From NCBI RefSeq assembly GCF_963506605.1, contig NC_083278.1, positions 31,744,001-31,808,000 on the forward strand: a stretch of DNA of 64,000 nt. The letters run 5' to 3'. The notes under the pieces were generated by a model. It did not search any database, was not told the DNA's origin, and saw only the letters and a list, made by a program, of their open reading frames with translations. The DNA comes from Zootoca vivipara (Eukaryota). Positions 10,427-23,854 of the stretch are shown here, piece after piece (positions within the stretch are counted from its first letter, which is position 1; every line of letters begins with the position of its first letter). The translations under genes and the position numbers were made by a program.

Positions 10427-13400
10427 ATTTGTGGGGGAAATCTGATCATAAAGGTTTTTACACTAAACATCATTTAGTTTTTGTTTTTTTACACAGTTCC
10501 TTTTCCAAAACTCATAATTCCCCTGCCATACACTTGTCCTTGGCACTGATTTGCTCCTTGGCATTCTTGTTATTCTCAAATCATTAATTTGGGGAAAACC
10601 AAGGCACTTAGTGACTGCAGACTTCTCATCTAAAGCTGCAGTTTAACATTCTCATTTTTCAGTGCATTGTTCAAGCAGAGATTTTCCATATTGGATATGG
10701 CCCACAGGGGCTTAATAAATTAACTCAGATTTCAAGTTGTAAGCCTTTGGGAATGACTAGAGGAAGAGTTAGTATTATCAAAAGGAGACTAAAAGGGACA
10801 CACACAACCTCTCAGAGTAATCCTGAAAAATGCTACATTTGTAAGTCCAGTTAGAAGTATGACAGAGAGAAATAAGCTCCTAAGCACTATGACCCATAAA
10901 TAGCACCAACAACAGATTCACAAAAGAGTCCATAATCAGTAGGAACCAATCCCAGCTCTGTATTGGCATGTTTTAATCACCTCTTTATCACACATCCACA
11001 CTTTAGGGACAGGTGCAACTGGTGCAGGGCTACACTGTGACCCTCTTCACATGAGCATTGCTGCAGCTTGCGTGGTTTTTGAACAATCTGAACTACTTTC
11101 TTGCCCCTGCTAATGGTCATTTTGCATGCAAATACATCACTTGAAATGTGCCTTTCAAGGGTAGTCTGAGTCTTACCTTTTTAAAAGTCAGCCTATTGAG
11201 GATATCTGTATGCGCTGTATTCATGTGAGCAATGCATGTTTAGTTCACAAACCAACCCTTGTGCAGAGGTCATGAATTTTTAATTCACCCTAAGATTCTT
11301 TTTTTTTTTTTTAGGAACGACAGCAACAACAAAAACTGAAAACAGCTTAACAAAAATGAAAATTTGGCAGCTGTTTAATCTGAACATTTTAAGAGGTATA
11401 TTAATTTTTTATTCCACTAAAGATGTCAAAACATCCCCAACAGTTACAAAACAAAGGAACCAAAAAACGGTGTGTATCAGAAACACCAAACAGGAGCATT
11501 CCCAGCTGTCAGCTTTCGTTAGTGGCAAGAGTTTTAAAGCACACTGTGGCTTCTTTCCTATAAGATCTGCCAGAAGATGTACAGCTCATCATTATATGTA
11601 GTCATTGTCATGGCGCAGGTCAAACTGCCAGGGCCGGCCCTACCAGTAGGCAGCTGAATTTTTGTACTATAAAATGGTAGCCTATTGTTATTTTTGTTGT
11701 TGTATTTTTACTTACAGGGAAAGATGCTTAGTAATTTTCTACTTTAGATGCCAGAATAACTTCCAACAGCCTTTAATTAGCACCCATTGCTAATTAAAGT
11801 AAAGGGAGGAAAAAACCAATAGGCTCATGAGTGTTTTCCCAGGTTGAAGCTTATGTTAAAATTGTTGTCTAGGCTATCCAAAACTAGGTGTCACATTTGC
11901 CCCACAATTGGGACAGTGCAGTAGTAGAAAGCACCCACACTGGCTTGCTGGATGAGAATACAGGCTGTTTCAGCAATCATCTAATTAACAGTCCTGAGAC
12001 CAAGCAACATATCACATCATGAAGTTTTATATATGCAGTTATGCTGCTCTGAGGTTATTACACTGGTTATAAAATAATACAATAGGTCAAAATAGTTGTC
12101 CCTGTGCATCCAGGAATCTTCCCCCAAGCTACTCATCTGAATAATTCCCACAGATGATGTATTCTGGTAGAAAGGGAAAATATAGTTAACAAACAGGAGA
12201 AAAGGCCTTACAACTGTGCTGTCCTGTGCAGAGCATTGTGTGCTGCTATCAGTTTAACCTCTTATACTTTGCAAATTCCCAGAAGCACTTGGCACATTGC
12301 TGATGAGTTATGACTTTCTAAAGGTCTAGGTGCTTCTGAGTAATAGTGACATCTTTAAGAGGTCTACTGTCCAGCTACTGCAAAATATATTTTGTGGTGA
12401 AGGAGACAATTAAACTCCAATTTACAATGGCTAATATATTGCTGCAGCTGCATCACTTTGTTCCTGTGCTAGGAATATTCACAGTGGCCTTACGGCATTG
12501 AAGCAGAACAGCCCAGTTCTTGAATTTTTACAGTGGAAGCATTCATACAATTACTGGCGCTCCACACCAGAAAAGACACCTGCACCATAGGAGAATGGGT
12601 AGTCCATTGTAACTGAAATGTAACATTAATTTAGTAATTCAAAATTTACTTTGGCAGCAGGGCAGAATGAGGTTGCCACTTATCTTAACCCACCTTGTGA
12701 TGTGACCAAAGGTTTTCCATTTTCTAAGTTGAAAAAAAGAAGCTACTCATTGTGGTGCAAAGCTCACTCCGCAGCTTACAGACACCTGCTTAACCCAGAA
12801 CGCCTTGGGAACAATACCGCATAGTTGCACATCACATAGCTCCCAATGGATTCTCGGAAATCCAGTTGGTGCGATACAATACTAGGCCCTTGTCACTGCT
12901 ACCTGCTGCCTGCATTTCCTTGCGAGACGCATTAAGGTAAGTGGCAATCGCCAACTGAAATTCTTCTCCCCCTGCCAAGAAAGCAGAAGAATATTGCCCC
13001 CCATTTTCATAGGGAGACTCCCCCCCCCAAAAAATAAAATACTGGAGGAATTATTTCAGCCCAGTCTTAGAACCTGGGGCTGAAAGTTCTCAACAAAGTT
13101 TTACTCAGAGTAGACACCCTGTAGTTAACATGGCTAAGTGGGGGGCCAATGATTTTAATGGGTCTACCGGAACGTCAAATATGTAATTGGCTCTCTTGTT
13201 TGATCTCTGGGGTGATCTCTTGTTTGATCTCTGGTCCATGGGCAAACCGCTTGAATGGAAATAAATACATGCTGGACAAACGGTCTCAGGCCATACTGGA
13301 TCTGAAGGCACATGAGACTACTGCTTTGCAGGAGCAAAGCAGGCTTGGGTCAGCTCAGTGTCTGGAGAGGCAGCTGCTTGAGAGCCATATGTTTGCCTCC

Positions 13401-13428
13401 GCCTTGGATTCCATTATGGAAATTGGGA

Positions 13429-13484
13429 TATACATACATACATACATACATACATACATACATACATACATACATACATACATA
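13429..13484. repeat. (TACA)n microsatellite
   Basis: About 14 units. Confidence 0.95.
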
Positions 13485-13502
13485 CGGTAAATACAATAGG
13501 AG

Positions 13503-13672
13503 CATAGGAAGTTACATTATACTGATTGTGAATGTTCCTGTACACACTGAATGGCACTTGCTCTCTATGGTTTCAAGCAGGGGTCTCACAGCACTCCCTG
13601 GAGATGCCAGGGGTTGAACATGGGACCTTTTGCATGCAGATCATGTTCTCTACCACTGAGCCATGGCCCTTC
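13503..13672 (-). mobile_element. Squam2-like tRNA-derived SINE
   Basis: GGAGATGCCAGGGGTTGAAC..GGGACCTT..GCATGCA...ACCACTGAGC is the reverse complement of a tRNA-like head; similar copies elsewhere in the window. Confidence 0.65.
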
Positions 13673-14204
13673 CTAATTCTCACCATCTAGAGTTATTTGC
13701 TTGAGCTCTGGATCTCCTAATGAGTTGTCATTTATAGGAAGAAACTGTCAGTGCTACATCTCAACACTATTGTTGAGTGTGAAGCTGCCTGTATGATTAT
13801 TCAGATACTTCAAATAAGCCTAGGCAAAAAAATATGCATGTATGTTTACTCTGTTTGCATGCACCTGACATTTAATTGCGTGATATTTATGTAAAGTGTC
13901 AAAATTTCCTCTACTTTGTTTCTGCAAAATGCATATTGCATATTTTATGCAAATATAATGTTCTCTTAATTTCAAAGATAGACAGCCAAAGATCTAATTA
14001 AGCTGGATTTGCTCATCTAATAAAACGAAACAAATTCACATTAGCCTGTTTCAGTCCCTTTTTTTTACTGTAAAATGAGACTGCTAGTGGAGGAAGTGCA
14101 ATTTCAATCCTTTCGGGCAAAAAACACTTACCGGGAAGTTATTTTTATTCCTCTCCAAATCAAACATTCTTCCACCGACAGAGCATGAGACTGGCCATGA
14201 GCCT

Positions 14205-14574
14205 TATTATGGGCAGGGAGGTTGTACCTCCACCTGCTCCTCCACGTTAAGAGTAACCTGTTAAAGGGATCCAGGGTGGTTCCTGTCTGAAGCCTGGCCG
14301 TGGGCTAGGACCATGCCAGACTCCAACGGTGACCCTGGGGGTGCTCAATTGATTTACATCATAGGGCTCCCCCTTCTGGTGGTTGACCCTTAAGAGACTT
14401 CCTGCAGTCAGGCAGGAGTAAGGATATAGTCTTGCTTCACCCAATTGGCTAAGCCAAACCGCTCACATCTGTAACCAATAAAGTTGTGGCCTTATTTATC
14501 CTATTAACCCAATATACTTGTGTTGGTGTATTTATTTTGGGGGGAGCTAGGAGATCCAGTGCCTTGCCACACAC
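14205..14574 (+). mobile_element. LTR-like fragment related to the 2233/43093 family
   Basis: Shares the GTAA.CAATAAAGTTGTGGCC...TTTATT..GGGGG...CACACAC 3' architecture; left end approximate. Confidence 0.55.
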
Positions 14575-16621
14575 TTAAGGTTAATTTAAAACAAACATGT
14601 CACACCTCTTATTATTTGCCCCCTAAGCTCTATTACAGCTGTGATTTAAAATAACAATACCAACAACCACCACTACAAAAGCAACCAACACCTTTCGGCA
14701 CACCTCATCTTGAGGGATTCATGAAAGGGGTAAATACTTGCTTCACAATACTTTTGTAACTCTTGCAACTCATTTTTATTCCATACTTTAGTAAAGTTGT
14801 CATTGGCCTGATCAAGTAGACATGATGGAAAAACCTAGTCTTTACAGCTATGACTTCCTTCAGGGATTCAGTAATCTAATGACATTCTCAACAGCTGGCA
14901 AATGCAGGGAGCCAGATTCAATTTTCATTGTGGAATAGCAGGTTTTGTCAAAAGGTTGGCTGGTGAAAGAATGACAGAACAAACTCAGGACATGACATTC
15001 AACTCATAATCAAAGGCAGTGCTCCAAAATAAAGAAAGTAAACTTATATGAACACAGGGAACTCTTATAACAAGACAAGCCATTGTTCCATCTAGCTCAA
15101 TATTTTTCACATTGACTAGCAGTGAATCTCCAGGAGTCTTTTTCCTAGGCATCCCTGGAAATGCAGTCAATGAGCCTGAGACCTTCAGTATGTGCTCTAC
15201 CACTGATCTATGGCAAAACCACTGGCAGGATGGGATATTGGGGGAACATTTCCAGTATAAGCCAGAAACATCAATACTCACAGGACACAAGCTGTATGTA
15301 TTAGTTATGCTATATAAATTATTAGTAGTATAACAGCAAAGAGTCGCCACTGCAGCACTTGCAGGCACCAGTGTGCCCACTCTACTTCCAATGGCACCCA
15401 CAAAAAAGTCTTTGTAAAAATCTCCTCAAAAATTCATAATGCACAACAGTTTGACTCTTCCTGCCCAAGTTCTGTTTGTACTTGCTTAGCTTCTCCTACA
15501 TTGAATATGGCACCTTAAACATGCCCACATTTCACTGGATGCCAGGATTAGACACCCTCCCTTCCATCCTGAACAGGGAGGGGTAAAGAGTTTCTCTCTG
15601 TGAAGGAGTGCAGCAGCAGCAAAGACAGGTGCCTTTCCCCCAATAATGGAGAGCATGCCCACTCCATTTTGTGGTCCTGCCTCTTTATGTGGTCCTGCCT
15701 CTTTATGCAGCACTCATTTTGTGTTATGCCACGTTTCCTCTGTGGCAGCCATTTTGTGACTTGTGCCCACAGCTCTTTCCCAATATTCCAATTTGCCCAC
15801 TAGCCCCGCTAAAAGGTTGGTGACCCTGTCCTATTAACTCTTTTTCTTTTTCTTTTTTTAATCCAGCACAAATTTCCCACAGATATTGTTCTCCTTCCAC
15901 CCCTTTCTAGTCAATATGTTGTCTTGGGTTAAATCAAACCCCCTCTAGTGTGCATCCTCCATCACACAGCTGCAGCTGAAACCCCTCCAACCTCTCTCTC
16001 CCTCCTGCTATGATCTGCTATCACTGAGGCCCTCAGAGAGAGGGGAAGCATCAGTCCTGCCATGATGCTTAGATCCAGCATCACGACCTGCTGAATTCTT
16101 AACAGCTGACCTTTGCAACTAAGAAATTGTGTCTGTGTGTTTGCTTTTGCGCTCAACCCTCCTAAACACATTTAATTTTGTCATGTGCTTTTTAAATATT
16201 GTAATCCTGAGGGCAGGATTTGCCTATTATTAATCTTTGTAAGCTACTCTGGGAGTCTTTTTCAATTGAAGAGTGGGATAAAAATGCTTTCAATATTAAC
16301 GAAATATGCACACTAAAATCAATCCTTCTCAGTGCTGTGGAAGCACCTTAACCATTTTATAGCATTTCCCACCCCTAAAGTTGAGATCTTTTAACTGGAG
16401 GTGTATCATAAACTCAACCTTGTTGATTCCATGGGACCTTATGCATTCAATCTAACAGCTCCCTATATGTGTGCCTGTTGGCCTAAATATTCTCCTGTCT
16501 TGTCAATATGCTATACGGGGATGAACAAAGTTTCTGCTAGCACAAGCCTTTCCACCTGGTGCTACAGTGCCAAAGTGGGAATAGGGAAGTGTAGATACAC
16601 CCTGATAAATAATAAGGATAC

Positions 16622-17066
16622 TGTAAGGGGAAGAAAGTACAGAGAACCTCCCCCTTGCATCAGAAGTAGCTCCTCCCCAAGCCGTGATAGAAGCGAGGGC
16701 TCTGAGGAGGCCAGTCAGGAAGTGGAGAGAGAGGGCCAGGGCTCCAGCAGCATGGGAAAGCCACGGCTACACAGGAGGGAGGAAAGAGAGGGGGAGAAGG
16801 GGGAAAAGGAAAGCATGGAGCGTAGACCCTTTCCTCCGGTTACGGAATTACGCAGGAGAAAAAAAAGGGAGGAGATTCACTGTCCCGAGACTCCTATGTT
16901 GGAGAAGATCACGTGGGGGGGGGGGCAGTGCCGGATTCTGCATTGGAATGAGCAGACATGTTTTTACACACCTGTCTCACTGTAAATAGACTGCACTAAT
17001 AAAAACTGTTTAAAGACAAGCATGTGGAGCGTCGTTACTCTAGAGTAGTCGCAAGAACCCCTGACA
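16622..17066 (+). mobile_element. Gypsy solo LTR
   Basis: TGTAAGGG...CCCTGACA, 5-bp TSD GATAC, AATAAA; R/U5 motifs (GAGCAGACATG, TTACTC..GAGTAG) shared with the LTRs at 30611. Confidence 0.9.
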
Positions 17067-18553
17067 GATACCTATAAATAGCTGAGCATCCTCAGGAAGA
17101 GGAAGAATTTAGCTGTGTTAACAGAGCTTTACAGCTTCAGTTTGAAATCTCTAACATTCGCCCCCTAAGGATCTCTGGAATAACTGAGAAGTTTTAATCC
17201 TGCCATCACTGTGTCATATTTTCCAGGCGTTTTCTGCCACTAATTGACACATATTGATCCTTAAGGGTAGAAACAATTCTTTGGAACAGTTGTTTGAGGA
17301 CCTGCATTTTATCTTCAGTGAATAAAAGTTTCCATTCATATACATACATACAGGATATGGAATTAGTTATGTTTCCTTTTACGACAGCTTCAGGATGCTG
17401 GGCCATTATGAATCAATGCTAAATATCCTGCACTAGGTAACTCATCATCCCGGCAGGTGTCCCATTCAAAGAGAATTTTTGTCTAGTGTAGTTTTTCAAT
17501 AACTTATTTCCCGTCTTCAAATCTGAGGCAAAACAAAGTGGGGCTTGATGTCGCACAAATACCATTAGACCCAGGGAAACGTCAACTCTAAAAGTGAAGT
17601 TATGAACTTAAAAGAAGTATGTGTAGTGATGCAGGTGAATTTCAGGAAGAAAGCTTTAAGTGCCAGAAAAGAGGCCATCTATAATGTATAAGGAAGCACC
17701 CTCCTGAAACTTGCATCATTTTACATTCTATTCCACACTGACAGGAAACTTTTTCTTTCAGATCTGCATGATTGATCTCAGTTCAGATGTTCTGGTCTCC
17801 TTCAATATGCAGAACACCCACGGATATCAATGGGAGCTCTATATAAAGAGTCAGAAAGAATATCAAAGATGAAATTCATTACGACCTAATTTAAGGACCC
17901 TCCCTTCAGTACCAGTGGAAAACTACTGCAAAAATGGGAGGGGGGAATGCCTGGGTAGCAGAGCACAGGAGGTATACTAACAATTGGGAGAAGTTTCTCA
18001 AAGTAAAAATACATAGAATCAAGGGGGATGTTAACTTTTGTTTTAGAAAAAAAGCAATAAGGTATCTGACATTTCAGTCTGCCTCAGTATCATTTCTTGC
18101 TTTGATTAAACATTCTTCCATATGAAGTGGGAAGTAGATGGAGAAAAGGAGATAGCTTTTATATGGAACATTTCTTCATTAACTATCTTCTAGATATTTA
18201 GCAGTTGCTTCAATACTTGGTTTCTGGTCCAAATTAAAGAAATTTCTCACTACTTTTTAGGGAAGGCCTTCCCCTCTAATGCTTCAGACCACACATTATA
18301 TGCATTAGAAGCACCTATATTTCTGGCCAGTTCATTGGTTCTAAACACTTAAGTTATTAGGGACTCTAGGTAACTAAACCCATCTAAATAAAAGCCCCAG
18401 AACTTGAATGCCCTGACAACTCCTGGGTGTCCTAAACTAGATGTCTTTCTATATGTTGGGCATGCTCCTTGAGCTGATGGGAACAATTTTATTTATTCAT
18501 TGCTGTTTAATATATATATATATATAACACAAAACACCTTTTCTTTGTAGAAA

Positions 18554-18894
18554 TAAACCACTGAGCCTAGGGCTCGCTGATCAGAAGGTTGGCAGTTCGA
18601 ATCCCCATGACAGGGTGAGCTCCCGTTGCTCAGTCCCTGCTCCTGCCCACCTAGCAGTTCGAAAGCACGTCAAAGTGCAAGTAGATAAATAGCACTGCCC
18701 CGGTGGGAAGGTAAACAGCGTTTCTGTGCGCCTGCTCTGGGTCACCAGAAGCGGCTTAGTCATGCTGGCCACATGACCCGGAAGCTGTCTGCGGACAAAC
18801 GCCGGCTCCCTCGGTCTATAGAGCGAGATGAGCGCCGCAACCACAGAGTCGTCCGTGACTGGAACTAACGGTCAGGGGGTACCTTTACCTTTAC
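18554..18894 (+). mobile_element. Sauria SINE, slightly 5'-truncated
   Basis: B-box GTTCGAATCC, conserved body, ACCTTT tail. Confidence 0.9.
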
Positions 18895-19116
18895 TTAAGA
18901 TTCATGCATGCTCATATTTTATTTAACTTGGTAACATAATAAAGGAATAAAGTTGTAAAATCAAAGCAGAGAGATTTCCAGCACTATAAAAAATAGACAA
19001 GAATTTACAAAAGGATGGAAGAATGCTATCACACCAGTGAGACAAAGGGCTCCCTTTTCCATCCCCTTTCAATATTAAAAGACTGCATCAAGTGTTATTT
19101 CGCATTTATTTAAGCC

Positions 19117-19128
19117 AAAGAAAGAAAG

Positions 19129-19163
<35 letters not shown>

Positions 19164-19165
19164 GA
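19117..19165. repeat. (GAAA)n microsatellite
   Basis: Visible tetranucleotide run. Confidence 0.9.
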
Positions 19166-21174
19166 AGCAGATCCTCTCAATACCTATTTTGTCATCCTCC
19201 TCCTCCCTACTGGTCTCCTTATTGGTGGTGCCGCCCTATGTTCTTTGTGTTACTTTTGCATAGTTTCGGAAAGAATAGCACCTCACCTGATGCTGCTGTT
19301 CGTTTTCAAAGAAAACATGCTGAGTAAATACCAAGCATGTTGTGCAGTTTATTCTTATTGCTGCCTTGATGGAGTTGGGAAGTCAACATGCACTAACATC
19401 AGACAAATGTTCTGCAGTCTTTTCATGTCGGCAACAGCAGCCCAGGCATAATAAATCACTAGAACAAATTGTCAGGCTAGTAATGTGGCTTGTGCTGTGC
19501 TGCTTCTCATTAAAGGTAGTTGCAATTGAAGAAAAGCCCCTGCGTGCTGAACCCAGCATTCTTAATGGGATATGTTACCACAATTAGTTTGCTGCCCAAG
19601 TATGCACTCTGTCATTTGGTCTGCCCAAAATGGGGCATGATGTGACAGAAGAACTTTAACAAGTCTCTGGCAAGGTGAAGCATGCTGACGCATTTCTAAA
19701 ATATGCTTTTCCAATGTAATTTCAGGTGACCTTCACAATATGGCCAGGCTTTGGGTAAGTCATTTGTTAATCAATATTAAAGCCCAAAGTGAGTATTTTA
19801 TTGATACTTAAACCGACGCAGCTGATAAATCTTTTCATTGTACCACACCAACGGGTGCATGTCCAAGAGGAATGCTTCATGGTTGCTAGACTAATAACTG
19901 TGACAAAAACTTGATAAAGCATATTTGACACGCCAGAGTCAAAATTCTCTTATGGCATGCAGCACCCCTCAGTCATTTCAAGGTTGGAAGTAAATATCCT
20001 GGGTTATCATCATCCCATAATGTGGTTTAAATTACACAAAAGGAAAAGCCTGGCAGAGTCATGCATTACAAGTCATTCATTAGACAAGTGCACAAGGCTG
20101 ATTAACCATTGAACTAAGTATATTACACAGTGGCCCCAGGCAAACTAATGTCCTTTACTGTACTGTAAAACAGCCCACTCTCTCTATAAAGCAACACACT
20201 CCAATAATTGCAATTCTTGAAGAGCATTTTCTTATACAGATAGTAAATGGTTGTTTCCTTATCAAACAAAGAAGTAACTTAGTTCTTTGAGATAGTTTGG
20301 AAAGGGTGGAAACGGAATGGCTATGTATATTTAGTAGGGCTAGATGTTCCTCTAAACGGGAGAACTTTTAGGGACATTCCATGGGCGTAGAATAGAATGC
20401 CCCTATTTTCTGAGGAATGTTGAAGGGTAGTGTGCCAGTTCTAGGAATATATTGGAGCTTCTACACCCAGAACACATCTCTAGAATGGGAAGATTTTGTT
20501 TGCAGAATGTTACAACCAGCATACATACCCAGAAATTAATTGCACTGAATATTTTTAGTTCATCTTGAGAGGAAAAAAAAAGAGGTGAAGGGAAAACGCA
20601 CCAGCAATGAGAAGTTAACATTTTATCTGTTATTTGTAAGCAAAGCAGACTAGTGCAAGACTGTGGTTTGTTAGAGAAAGCCCGGAAATCTCACCCCAGT
20701 AACCTTTACATGGACTTACAACTCAGTGGTGCATATTAAGTACAGCCTCCACTTAATGAAGCTGGATCTTTATATTTTAGCACTCATTTGGAAAACCAAT
20801 TAACTCTGGCTCTATTGAACAAACTCAAACAGGAAATAAATCAAGTGTTAAAACATTGGTGAAGAGCCAGACTTTATGTAATTAGGGTACTGATGTGCCC
20901 AGGGCTGACTAGTGGTACTGAGTGTTATAGATTGACAACTTCCACTTTCCAAAGCAATTAGAATTTTTAATGCCCCCTTGCTATGCAGGTTGAAGTCTAG
21001 CAAAATCACAGCAGTATTTTGATCTTAGGGAATCTGATGGTTTAGTTTATATTGGAAAAACCAGTTCTTTACTCACAGATGTTCTTTCGGTTTATTATAT
21101 TAGCGGGTCACTTTTTAAAATCTTCCCACTCAATCTGCCAATACATGTATCTGCAACTCAAGATAGCACTTTAT

Positions 21175-21214
21175 GCATCTGATTAAGCGAACTATAGTTC
21201 ATAAAAGCTAATGC
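21175..21214 (+). other. Decayed PLE-type hammerhead motif
   Basis: GCAT-CTGATTA-A-GCGAAC-TATA-GTTCAT-AAAA-GC-TA-ATGC: stem I intact, core mutated. Confidence 0.6.
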
Positions 21215-21528
21215 CATAAATGTGTTCACAAGTCTCTTTGCTCTGTACACCTTTGTTCACCCTTATTTACAGTTTGCAAAGGCTGAAAACTATGTTCACA
21301 GAGAAATATTAATAGGTTCAAATGACTGTGAACAATTATTTCAAAGTTCTGAACCCATTTTTTACAATTGAATTTTACGCACTTTTATTGATTTGTTCTT
21401 ATTTGGTTCAAATTCAGCAGGAGAAGAGGCACACTCATGGATATGCACACTGTTGCCCAACATGTAATAGAGTCAAGTGAGAAATCTAAGATTATCTTTC
21501 ACAATTTAAAATCCAAATGATCTCAAGT

Positions 21529-22227
21529 TAGAATCATAGAGTCATAGAGTTGGAAGAGACCACAAGGGCCATCCAGTCCAACCCCCTGCCAAGCAGGAAA
21601 CACCATTAAAGCATTCTTGACATATGGCTGTCAAGCCTCTGCTTAAAGACCTCCAAAGAAGGAGACTCCACTACACTCCTTGGCAGCAAATTCCACTGCC
21701 GAACAGCTCTTACTGTCAGGAAGTTCTTCCTAATGTTTAGGTGGAATCTTCTTTCTTGTAGTTTGAATCCATTGCTCCGTGTCCGCTTCTCTGGAGCAGC
21801 AGAAAACAACCTTTCTCCCTCCTCTATATGACATCCTTTTATATATTTGAACATGGCTATCATATCACCCCTTAACCTTCTCTTCTCCAGGCTAAACATA
21901 CCCAGCTTCCTAAGCCGTTCCTCATAAGGCATCGTCTCCAGGCCTTTGACCATTTTGGTTCCCCTCCTCAGAACACGTTCCAGCTCGTCAGTATCCTCCT
22001 TGAACTGTGGTGCCCAGAACTGGACACAGTACTCCAGGTGAGGTCTGACCAGAGCAGAATACAGTGGTACTATTACTTCCCTTGATCTAGATGCTAAACT
22101 CCTATTGATGCAGCCCAGAATTGCATTGGCTTTTTTAGCTGCTGCATCACACTGTTGACTCATGTCAAGTTTGTGGTCTACCAAGACTCCTAGATCCTTT
22201 TCGCATGTACTGCTCTCAAGCCAGGTG
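21529..22227 (-). mobile_element. CR1 LINE 3' fragment (ORF2 C-terminus plus 3' UTR)
   Basis: ORF 21606-22184 contains [13 protein letters not shown]...[15 protein letters not shown]; tail of TTCTATGA-like repeats. Confidence 0.95.
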
Positions 22228-23059
22228 AGAGTTAAGAGATGGCATTATGAACCAGCTTCCTGATGTTCTTTTTGGTTTTGCTTTGGGCATCCCATTCTTC
22301 AGTTTACATTCCTAGAAAATATATGTATTATAGTTACATATTTCAAAGAAGTTTTTGCATGGTTAAGTTTCACTCACCTACCTACCTTCCAACCAATTTA
22401 TTAACAATTCAATCTGCCCTTCTGATTCTAAAAAATTAGATATGCATTGCTGATTAGCCAAGCTTGGCTAAAGAAAAAAGGACGCATATGTTTCCATTTT
22501 AATACTAGCTAGAAAACTTAACTTAAGGGTAATGAAGATTCTATCTGTTAATAAATTCAAAGTCAATGTTCATATGGTAGTGAAGTTGGGATCCAGGGAA
22601 CAGTATGAATCCAAATTCTACTCCTAATGAAGATGTAGTGGCTGCATAGGAAATTTAAAGCTTCAGAGCTAGATGGAAGAGTGAAATTAAATTCTTCATA
22701 TTAAATGTAGTTGAAATATATATTATGAATAACACCTATTAAAATTTAGAACCACCTTGCAAACACTTCTAGCTGTGTAAGAGGGCTTGGATTCTTATTT
22801 CACAAGGAATCGGCACATTTAAAAGTTAACAATTCCTTTAGCATCCCTTCCAGTTTTCTAAAATAACCTAGTAGGACCACCTAAGTTCATCTTGTTTGCA
22901 ATCCTTTGGGTATTCCTGTATCATGAGCCCAAAAACTTGTGCATCACATTTTCCATGTGATTTGAAGATAACTGTTAATTAATTTGACATTCACTTATTG
23001 GAGTGGGTGGAAGAGAGAAATCTACAAGTAATCTGTGGAGTAATCTATTCGTATTTGTA

Positions 23060-23370
23060 GAAGAAGAAGAAGAAGAAGAAGAAGAAGAAGAAGAAGAAGA
23101 AGAAGAAGAAGAAGAAGAAGAAGAAGAAGAGGAGTATGGACTTGATATCCTGCCTTTCACTCCGCTTAAGGAGTTCTCAAAGTGGCTGACAATCTCCTTT
23201 CCCTTCCTCCCCCACAACAAACACTCTGTGAGGTGAGTGAGGCTGAGAGACTTCAGAGAAGTGTGACTAGCCCAAGGTCACCCAGCAGCTGCATGTGCAG
23301 GAGCAGGGAAGCAAACCTGGTTCACCAGATTATGAGTCCACCGCTCTTAACCACTACACCACACTGGCTC
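23060..23370 (-). mobile_element. Squam3-type SINE with expanded (TTC)n tail
   Basis: Head GAGCCAGTGTGGTGTAGTGGTTAAGAGC on the minus strand; (GAA)23 at 23060-23128. Confidence 0.8.
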
Positions 23371-23460
23371 TTTATATATGCCTTAAATGCCTTAAAAGAT
23401 CCTATTCCTGAAGAGTCAGGCTCTGGGAGTGCTAACTCTTTTCTGGTGACATGAGATATA

Positions 23461-23624
23461 CCGTACTTTTCCATGTATAAAACTAGGTTCCCCCCCTTAA
23501 AATAATGTCAAAAATTAGGGGGTGTCTTATACATGGATATATCCCCCCATTTTCTTAAATCTGAGTCCAGAAAAATAAGGGGGTGTCTTATACGTGGGGG
23601 TGTCTTATAGATGGAAAAATATGG
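23461..23624. mobile_element. Tc1/pogo-type MITE
   Basis: Imperfect TIRs CCGTACTTTTCCATGTATAA / TTATAGATGGAAAAATATGG, TA flanks; related inverted copy at 46908-47069. Confidence 0.75.
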
Positions 23625-23667
23625 TAGTTCCTATTGCATCCTCGGTCTCATCCAGGTTGCACTAGTG

Positions 23668-23804
23668 CAGGCACCCCCAAACTTTGGCCCTCCAGATGTT
23701 TTGGACTACAATTCCCATCTTCCGCAACCACTGGTCCTGTTAGCTAGGGATCATGGGAGTTGTAGGCCAAAACATCTGGGGGGGCCGCAGTTTGGGGATG
23801 CCTG
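23668..23804. mobile_element. hAT MITE
   Basis: Same family as 6255-6390; 8-bp TSD CACTAGTG. Confidence 0.9.
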
Positions 23805-23854
23805 CACTAGTGTAACATGCTTTCCATGGAGTCATCTCTGAAAAGTGCTCAGAA

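Noticed and set aside
12300-12320. CTGATGA motifs at about 12300 and 60335 as possible hammerheads
   Set aside because: No stem II followed by GAAA and no stem I
12773-12942. Possible exon ending at AAG/GTAAGT
   Set aside because: Stops in all three frames; no support as a coding exon
16401-16985. 194-aa ORF
   Set aside because: Crosses the flank/LTR boundary and has low-complexity purine-rich content
23003-23236. Poly-Glu and poly-Ser ORFs
   Set aside because: Translations of the (GAA)n SINE tail
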